The translations under genes were made by a program, and so were the position numbers. The notes under the pieces are model-generated. The model saw only the letters and a program-made list of their open reading frames with translations, made no database searches and was not told the origin of the DNA. Of a stretch of 59,835 nt of DNA, positions 54,471 to 59,835 are shown one piece after another. This DNA is from a phage, in the sequence record PZ445421.1, one strand, 5' to 3'. The first letter of the stretch is position 1. Each line of letters opens with the position of its first letter.

Positions 54471-54506
54471 CAGCACATAGTGGGCAGGTGGATAGTAACA
54501 GATGCA

Positions 54507-54531
54507 ACTATACTGGACGGTACAGTATAGT
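54507..54531. repeat. palindrome ACTATACTG-N7-CAGTATAGT
   Basis: Read directly; the 13-mer CAGATGCAACTAT also occurs twice (54301 and 54499). Confidence 0.5.
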
Positions 54532-54809
54532 CGTGTAATAGATAGCATACTAATCAAATAAAAATAATAACGCGTGTAACAATAAACAACGTTATAGTAG
54601 AGCGAGTGACAGTCACATGACGTAACAATCACCTCACTGACGATCACGGGACGTTATAGTAACGCCGCGGGGCGGCTCTTAGATCTCTGCCAAGGATTCT
54701 TCGTTTGTAGATTATCTCGTCACTAGACACTTTATATCCTCACCTCACCTGCCCTATATTGTTCGTATAAAGTTAATTCCGTATGTAAATACTCGAGAGG
54801 AGATCTATT

Positions 54810-55097
54810 ATGTTCGTTCTGGCTTTCAATAGTGCAATATGGCTAGGTATCAACTGGATCCTTGCAATTATATTAGGTCTTGTGATCTGGTATGTACCGT
54901 TTATGCGTTACGCTGTTATCATTTCGCTTGTATATTTAGTTGTTAAACATTTCTTCGTATGGTGCGTATGCAATCCACAAGCTGCAAACATCAAACGTAA
55001 GAAAGCGAACTTCTTTAGTGTGCTTATTTTAGGTTCACTGATTGTGTACGCATGGTTGCTTGGTGCGCAGAACTTAGGTTGGTTCACGTTGCCTTAA
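54810..55097 (+). CDS. small multi-pass membrane protein (95 aa)
   Basis: Three hydrophobic segments; strong SD 'GAGAGGAG'; first gene of the rightward block after the iteron region. Confidence 0.55.
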   Translation: MFVLAFNSAIWLGINWILAIILGLVIWYVPFMRYAVIISLVYLVVKHFFVWCVCNPQAANIKRKKANFFSVLILGSLIVYAWLLGAQNLGWFTLP

Positions 55098-55182
55098 TGT
55101 GGTCACTAATTGTTGCGGCCGGCTATGTTAATCAACTTGCGTATCCTGTTATAGTTATTCCGTTAACGTTAAAGGGGTTTAT

Positions 55183-55548
55183 ATGAACGAGAATATAGTT
55201 AAAGCCTGGTCTATCTTACGACCACAGCTGAAAGACGATCGTGTCGCTTTTGTTTTATGTCCGAGCAATGAGTATCGCCGGAAGCTCGAAGAAGTGTTGC
55301 GCGAAGATCCTGAGTTCGTTCGCTGTGTACAACTGTCGCGCGAGTCATCTGTGGTGCAGTTTGATCGTTTCCATCTTCGTTTGGTTTCTCATCGCAGAGA
55401 CTCGTATGAAGACACTGTTATTCGTACGAGTGGCTTCCATTGTGATATTGCCATTCTTGACTGCGAATTAAGTATTGAGCAGAAACAAGACTTATATAAT
55501 CTTGCTCGTGAACGTCATGGTGAACTGTTAATTGTGGAAGTGCAATAA
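55183..55548 (+). CDS. hypothetical protein
   Basis: 121-aa ORF. Confidence 0.5.
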   Translation: MNENIVKAWSILRPQLKDDRVAFVLCPSNEYRRKLEEVLREDPEFVRCVQLSRESSVVQFDRFHLRLVSHRRDSYEDTVIRTSGFHCDIAILDCELSIEQKQDLYNLARERHGELLIVEVQ

Positions 55549-55886
55549 TGGCCAAAGATATCGTTATTCCGAAAATGTATTGTCAGCTCCGTGATACTTT
55601 ATTACAAAGCGGTTGGATTATTAGTCATACCGATGTGAATGATACTTATATTGTTCTTATACCACCTGAAGGAACGATATCCTGCATTTTGCACTACATG
55701 CCCGAAGCGAAGACGGTTTATCCGAACGGGTCATTCCTGCTTCGTTTGCGCTCTGATACATGGAAGATCCAGACGGATACCTGTGCAATTGACGAGAATA
55801 CCAGTAAAGAGTTTATTCGCAAGCTGACTCAGCTGAATAAAATCTACGAGCATGTTAAATTTGATTTGTTTAAGGAAGTGTTCTAA
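55548..55886 (+). CDS. hypothetical protein
   Basis: 112-aa ORF, ATG overlaps upstream stop. Confidence 0.5.
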   Translation: MAKDIVIPKMYCQLRDTLLQSGWIISHTDVNDTYIVLIPPEGTISCILHYMPEAKTVYPNGSFLLRLRSDTWKIQTDTCAIDENTSKEFIRKLTQLNKIYEHVKFDLFKEVF

Positions 55887-56326
55887 TGATTACTATCAAC
55901 GATCCAATCAAGCATAAAACTCAGAAAAGCATAATGGCTTGCATCCCTACCTGCCTTGCTATGCTTCTTGACAAAGACCCTGAGCAGGTATATGACGAGT
56001 TCACGAAGGATTATATTCGTGGTTTTACTGACGTGTCGAACTATCTGTATAAGCACGGTGTCTTTGCGCAGCCGCATATCACTGCCGGTATGCACCAGAT
56101 CCGACCTGGGCGCTTGTATCTTGCGACTGTACCCTCTTTGCAGTTACCTGGACTTTTCCATCAGATCATTATTGACGCTCGCTTCGGTGATGTTAAGGTA
56201 TACGACCCATGTAAAGGTCTGCAAGGGAAACAATACTATTCCTATGACCACATTGCAGAGGGTAATGATCTGGCGTATCCTCTGCGGTCTTTCCTGATCG
56301 ATTATGAAATTATATTGCCGGGGTGA
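55886..56326 (+). CDS. papain-fold cysteine peptidase, C39-like
   Basis: 'Q-x5-CIPTCLAM' resembles the C39 'Q...CGxAxLxM' Cys block; downstream 'HQIIID...DP' resembles the His...Asp-Pro block. Confidence 0.45.
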   Translation: MITINDPIKHKTQKSIMACIPTCLAMLLDKDPEQVYDEFTKDYIRGFTDVSNYLYKHGVFAQPHITAGMHQIRPGRLYLATVPSLQLPGLFHQIIIDARFGDVKVYDPCKGLQGKQYYSYDHIAEGNDLAYPLRSFLIDYEIILPG

Positions 56327-56329
56327 TTT

Positions 56330-56683
56330 ATGGGCTTGCAACGTTTTGACAATGCAGAACTCGCGTGTGAATTTGCAAAGCGCAAGTTTGCTAAAACAGG
56401 TACGCCGCGATGTGTACATGCGGCTATTGGGCAAAATGGGGCAAAGTATTGGTACGTTGGTACAGTAGCTCAGATTAAGCGAAGATTCGCGACTACGCCC
56501 GAAATGCGCCGGCTTGGGTCCCCTACACTTGTGCGAAACAGGCAGTTGGATAAAGAGGAAATTTATCGATTTCTTAGGAATTACACTGGTAAAGAGAATA
56601 GATTTCAGGTTGCAGCGAAAGAGTTTAATATCGGTCTTTCCACTGCTTATAAAATTTATCACATATATGGGCGTTTAATATGA
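56330..56683 (+). CDS. hypothetical protein
   Basis: 117-aa ORF. Confidence 0.5.
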   Translation: MGLQRFDNAELACEFAKRKFAKTGTPRCVHAAIGQNGAKYWYVGTVAQIKRRFATTPEMRRLGSPTLVRNRQLDKEEIYRFLRNYTGKENRFQVAAKEFNIGLSTAYKIYHIYGRLI

Positions 56684-57174
56684 CCGCAATTGCTTATCGT
56701 AATGGTATATTGGCTGTAGATCGTCAGGTTACATGGGGTAATATTGCAACAACTACAGATAAAGTTCACACTGTCAATATTCCAGGAATTGGACTTTGTC
56801 TTGTTGCGATGTCTGGTAAATTACGTGCTGTAGAAGACATTGTAGAGCATCTCAAAACTACGGTTCGTGGACGTAAAGAACCTTTCTCGGATTTAATTCC
56901 AGATTCCCGTTATGGTATTGCGGTGACACAAGATCTTGTTGTGTATCCTATCTACGGGGATGGTAAATTAGGTCTACCGGACACTAATGAATTTATTGCG
57001 GAAGGTAGCGCGTTTGAGTTCCTGATGGGTGCAATGGCGGGAGGTTGCACCGCTGAAGAGGCAGTACGACTGGCGTGCGTATATTGCGACAGTTGTGGTC
57101 AAGGGGTTAAGTTCTATGACGTAGCCTACACTCTTAAAGTGGCGCAGTGTAAAATCGAGGAGAAACCATTTTGA
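56680..57174 (+). CDS. Ntn-hydrolase of the HslV/proteasome beta type (candidate)
   Basis: N-terminal 'MTAIAYRNGILAVDRQVTWGN' (Thr-2) and C-terminal 'AEGSAFEFLMGAMAGG...' follow the HslV pattern. Confidence 0.45.
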   Translation: MTAIAYRNGILAVDRQVTWGNIATTTDKVHTVNIPGIGLCLVAMSGKLRAVEDIVEHLKTTVRGRKEPFSDLIPDSRYGIAVTQDLVVYPIYGDGKLGLPDTNEFIAEGSAFEFLMGAMAGGCTAEEAVRLACVYCDSCGQGVKFYDVAYTLKVAQCKIEEKPF

Positions 57175-57362
57175 AGAAACCTAAGACTGGTCTGTTCCTT
57201 TGTGTTGGTGGACCTTTTGACGGTAAGCGTATACGCTTAACAACATCAGATTTGTATCCAAGTTCCTCCGTTTTCTCTGTTCCATCTTATAAAAACGGTG
57301 AGAAGGGGAAATACGTCTGCAATGATGAAATTCGAAACAGTGTAATCTGGAGAACATCGTGA
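57171..57362 (+). CDS. hypothetical protein
   Basis: 63-aa ORF. Confidence 0.4.
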   Translation: MKKPKTGLFLCVGGPFDGKRIRLTTSDLYPSSSVFSVPSYKNGEKGKYVCNDEIRNSVIWRTS

Positions 57363-57586
57363 GCGATACTACAAATGCGCAATTAGCCGCTGCAAGAGTG
57401 TATATGCGCGGAGCTGCCGCTGAGATTGATGCTTTGCCTCAATTTGAAAAGCATGTACAGCAACTTGAACATAAATTTAAGGCTCTTAAAGACTTAGGAG
57501 ATAAGAAGGACGCCATAGCCTTTCTTCTTGCTATCCAATACTTGTCTATGGGGGTTGGTGACAAAGTATGTTCCTTAGAAGAATAA
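57359..57586 (+). CDS. hypothetical protein
   Basis: 75-aa ORF, GTG start with SD 'GGAGA'. Confidence 0.4.
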   Translation: MSDTTNAQLAAARVYMRGAAAEIDALPQFEKHVQQLEHKFKALKDLGDKKDAIAFLLAIQYLSMGVGDKVCSLEE

Positions 57587-58068
57587 TTGGTATTGTTGCA
57601 CCTTGGATACCACTTGTCATAATTGTTATTCTAGCCAACTGGGCTTATGACAATGCCATAGAATCAGCTAGAAAGGAGGGTTTCGATGCCGGTGTGTCGT
57701 ACCAAAAAGAAACTCAGAAAGCGGTTGATTTCGAGGAGGAGAAACGGAGAGCGTATGAGAAAGACACTATCGAACGTCAGTACAGATCTCGTATTGAATC
57801 TTTGGTTGCCGATCTTAATAATTATCGTGCTACTAATGACAGGTTGCACAACGAAATCGCAACCGTCCGTAAGTACCTCGGTGACGCTACCGGCCCTCAG
57901 CCCGACAGCAAGACAACCGCCCAGATCGCCCGTGTGCTCACCGAGCTGTATTCAGAAAGCGTCACAGAATACAGACAAGTGGCAGAAGAGGCTGAAAAGT
58001 ATCGTATTGCCGGCGAGCAGTGCGAACTACAATATGATGCAATGCGAAATCCGCGTAAACAAAATTGA
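57568..58068 (+). CDS. i-spanin (Rz-like)
   Basis: N-terminal TM segment then helical periplasmic domain, Cys near C-terminus; overall pattern like lambda Rz; contains an embedded +1-frame lipoprotein ORF. Confidence 0.65.
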   Translation: MFLRRIIGIVAPWIPLVIIVILANWAYDNAIESARKEGFDAGVSYQKETQKAVDFEEEKRRAYEKDTIERQYRSRIESLVADLNNYRATNDRLHNEIATVRKYLGDATGPQPDSKTTAQIARVLTELYSESVTEYRQVAEEAEKYRIAGEQCELQYDAMRNPRKQN

Positions 58069-58099
58069 TAAACTGCAAAGTCCTTGCCGGGTTGCGTAA
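57755..58099 (+). CDS. o-spanin (Rz1-like lipoprotein), embedded in +1 frame
   Basis: Lipobox-like 'LLMTGC' followed by Pro-rich sequence; start could instead be ATG 57686 (strong SD). Confidence 0.5.
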   Translation: MRKTLSNVSTDLVLNLWLPILIIIVLLMTGCTTKSQPSVSTSVTLPALSPTARQPPRSPVCSPSCIQKASQNTDKWQKRLKSIVLPASSANYNMMQCEIRVNKIDKLQSPCRVA

Positions 58100-58190
58100 C
58101 TAAACGTTCAATCTTAATTGCACATAATTGATTGTGTACATGTGATAATTCAACTATGCTCTATTCGGTTTAACTGAATGGAGCTTTTTT

Positions 58191-58625
58191 ATGACTGTGC
58201 AACCACGAGGCATTCGGAATAACAATCCGGGAAATATTCGTTGGGGTGATAATTGGAAAGGTCTTGTTCCTGAAGACAAACGGACTGACCGTTCTTTCTG
58301 TCAATTTATCGATGTAAAATACGGTATTCGCGCTATTGTGCGTATTCTACTAAACTACCGCAACCGCGAAGGAATGAAAGGTGTCGGAAATAAAGGAATT
58401 GACACTGTACGGGAGATTATTTCGCGCTGGGCTCCGCCGAATGAAAATAACACTGAAGCCTATATTCAATCTGTGTCTAAGGCTTGTGGTGTTGGTGCAG
58501 AACAGCCGATTTCATTGACCGATGATAAAATCATGCTTGCAATCGTGAAAGCGATTATCAAACATGAGAACGGTGTGCAACCTTATTCTGATGAAGTTTT
58601 GCTCGCGGGTATTCACATGGCATAG
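58191..58625 (+). CDS. putative endolysin (by position only)
   Basis: 144-aa soluble protein between spanins and holin; no catalytic motif recognised. Confidence 0.3.
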   Translation: MTVQPRGIRNNNPGNIRWGDNWKGLVPEDKRTDRSFCQFIDVKYGIRAIVRILLNYRNREGMKGVGNKGIDTVREIISRWAPPNENNTEAYIQSVSKACGVGAEQPISLTDDKIMLAIVKAIIKHENGVQPYSDEVLLAGIHMA

Positions 58626-58638
58626 TAAGAGGTTATAA

Positions 58639-58947
58639 GTGTCGCCGAACTGGGATTGGAATATAGTTTTTATTCTCACTGCCATTGCGATGGTAGGGGG
58701 TTCCCTTGGCTACGCTGCAAGAACCCATGATGCTAAAGAAAAGTTCAGACTCAGTGTCTTCATTCAAGAGGGTGCTTTTTCTGCATTCTTTGGTTTCTTG
58801 ATAGGTGTAATTAACGTGGAACAAGGTGTCTCACTGGGGCTCAGTGGGGCGTTCATAGGCGTGTTATCTTGGTCCGGTTCAAGAACCATGCTAAAGTTTC
58901 TACGGAGAAAGACAGAAGCATGTGACCGAGAAAAGGAAAGAGGTTGA
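58639..58947 (+). CDS. holin (three-TM, class I-like)
   Basis: GTG start with SD 'AAGAGG'; three hydrophobic segments and a charged C-terminus. Confidence 0.55.
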   Translation: MSPNWDWNIVFILTAIAMVGGSLGYAARTHDAKEKFRLSVFIQEGAFSAFFGFLIGVINVEQGVSLGLSGAFIGVLSWSGSRTMLKFLRRKTEACDREKERG

Positions 58948-59186
58948 TTATGCGTCACTTCATCAATGATCTTCTTATATTGTGTAAGAAACCGCGATTG
59001 CTTTTCATCTATATGATGATTGGACTTGCACAAATTGGAGTTAGTGCTATCGCCATTGATCAGATGCACAAGAAACACAGGGCAAACCTGCAACTTTCGC
59101 CACCACCTGTTTATGTGGTCAATAAGGTTGAACAAATCAAACAAGACATTCGGGAGATAACGTACATTCCTAAAGTTGACATGTAG
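58944..59186 (+). CDS. small membrane protein (possible antiholin/lysis regulator)
   Basis: 80 aa with one TM segment, coupled to holin. Confidence 0.4.
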   Translation: MIMRHFINDLLILCKKPRLLFIYMMIGLAQIGVSAIAIDQMHKKHRANLQLSPPPVYVVNKVEQIKQDIREITYIPKVDM

Positions 59187-59201
59187 ATTGGTTTATAAGT
59201 A

Positions 59202-59241
59202 AAGCCCGCTCTTTGAATTTATATCGAGCGGGCTTTTTATT
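59202..59241 (+). terminator. rho-independent terminator
   Basis: AGCCCGCTC-14 nt loop-GAGCGGGCT followed by TTTTTATT; a TTGACA hexamer starts in the T-run. Confidence 0.65.
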
Positions 59242-59315
59242 GACATTTGCTATAACCCTTGCAATTAATTAATCCACCGCTTATATTCGTGTCAAGAATC
59301 GACAGGAGTAACGTT

Positions 59316-59835
59316 ATGGTAAAGCCTATTCTACCTTGGACACGTAGCATTGAATACGAAGCCGATCTCACTAAAGAAGAGATGGCTATACGTGACTCTG
59401 TCGTTGAAGAATATCTGTTCGATTATGATTGGGTTAATGCGTGTAAACGTGTAGGCATGAGCTCCGCAATGGCGTTTGATTATGCTAAACGTTTTCAGGA
59501 TGATAGCTATTGCCAAAGACGAATTAAAGAACTTCAACAGCAGAAAGCAAGAAGTGCTGAACGTGACCGTAAATACGAAATAGAACAAGAGCGCCAGCGC
59601 ATCATTGAAGGTCTTAGATTTGAATCCACGTATCGTGGCCCTGGATCTTCTCAAGCTGCTCGTGTTGCTGCATATAAACAATTATGTAGTATCTTTGGAT
59701 TTGAAGCTCCTAAGCAACAGAAGATGGATATTGGTGTATCTACTGGTGTTATGCTGGTTCCTATGGTTGGTTCTATGGATGATTGGGAAAGAGTTGCTGG
59801 GGAGTCTCAGACTAAGCTGCAAGAGGATACTTTAA
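59316..59835 (+). CDS. terS: terminase small subunit (3'-truncated by window end)
   Basis: ATG 59316 with SD 'GGAG'; 173 codons open to the last base; HTH-like 'DWVNACKRVGMSSAMAFDYAK'; not in ORF track because no stop in window. Confidence 0.55.
   Translation, partial: MVKPILPWTRSIEYEADLTKEEMAIRDSVVEEYLFDYDWVNACKRVGMSSAMAFDYAKRFQDDSYCQRRIKELQQQKARSAERDRKYEIEQERQRIIEGLRFESTYRGPGSSQAARVAAYKQLCSIFGFEAPKQQKMDIGVSTGVMLVPMVGSMDDWERVAGESQTKLQEDTL

Noticed and set aside
54327-54647. 106-aa Cys/Tyr-rich minus-strand ORF across the iteron array
   Set aside because: Implausible composition, GTG start without SD, and it spans direct repeats and palindromes that look regulatory
59331-59835. Track ORFs 59331..59681 (-) and 59605..59835 (+)
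   Set aside because: Both overlap the SD-preceded terminase-small-subunit frame, which is protein-like and correctly positioned before terL
1-59835. Temperate/prophage features (integrase, repressor, att sites) and tRNA genes
   Set aside because: No tyrosine or serine recombinase motifs, no CI-like repressor and no cloverleaf-like tRNA segments were seen; the region reads as a virulent phage genome

Overview
The window reads as a complete or near-complete ~59.8-kb genome of a virulent tailed dsDNA phage (siphovirus-like, with a long tape-measure gene), linearised at the terminase large-subunit start codon. The terminase small-subunit gene runs off the 3' end and would terminate within the first 32 nt if the molecule is circular or permuted. 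Layout: (i) 1-22.3 kb, rightward morphogenesis operon (terminase, portal, scaffold, major capsid, connectors, major tail protein, frameshifted tail chaperones, tape measure, tail tip, tail fibre with C-terminal intramolecular chaperone); (ii) 22.7-51.2 kb, leftward replication and nucleotide-metabolism module (family-B DNA polymerase, SF2 helicase, primase-polymerase, ATP-dependent ligase, RNase H, RecA-like ATPase, nucleases, HNH endonucleases) containing a complete 7-deazaguanine DNA-hypermodification cluster (DpdA-like transglycosylase, FolE, QueD, QueE, amidotransferase-QueC fusion); (iii) 51.2-54.8 kb, repeat-rich early/regulatory region with duplicated palindromic promoter-operator modules, a 26-bp iteron array and several small ORFs below the 60-aa track cutoff; (iv) 54.8-59.8 kb, rightward block with membrane proteins, a C39-like cysteine peptidase, an HslV-like Ntn hydrolase and the lysis cassette (embedded Rz/Rz1 spanins, holin). 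No tRNA, CRISPR array, integrase or repressor was recognised. Gene content resembles what is described for 9g-like (Queuovirinae-type) coliphages, but that is inference from motifs and synteny, not a database hit. All calls rest on reading the sequence and the supplied ORF track (which uses ATG/GTG/TTG starts and includes the stop codon in coordinates); several starts were re-set to internal ATGs with Shine-Dalgarno support.
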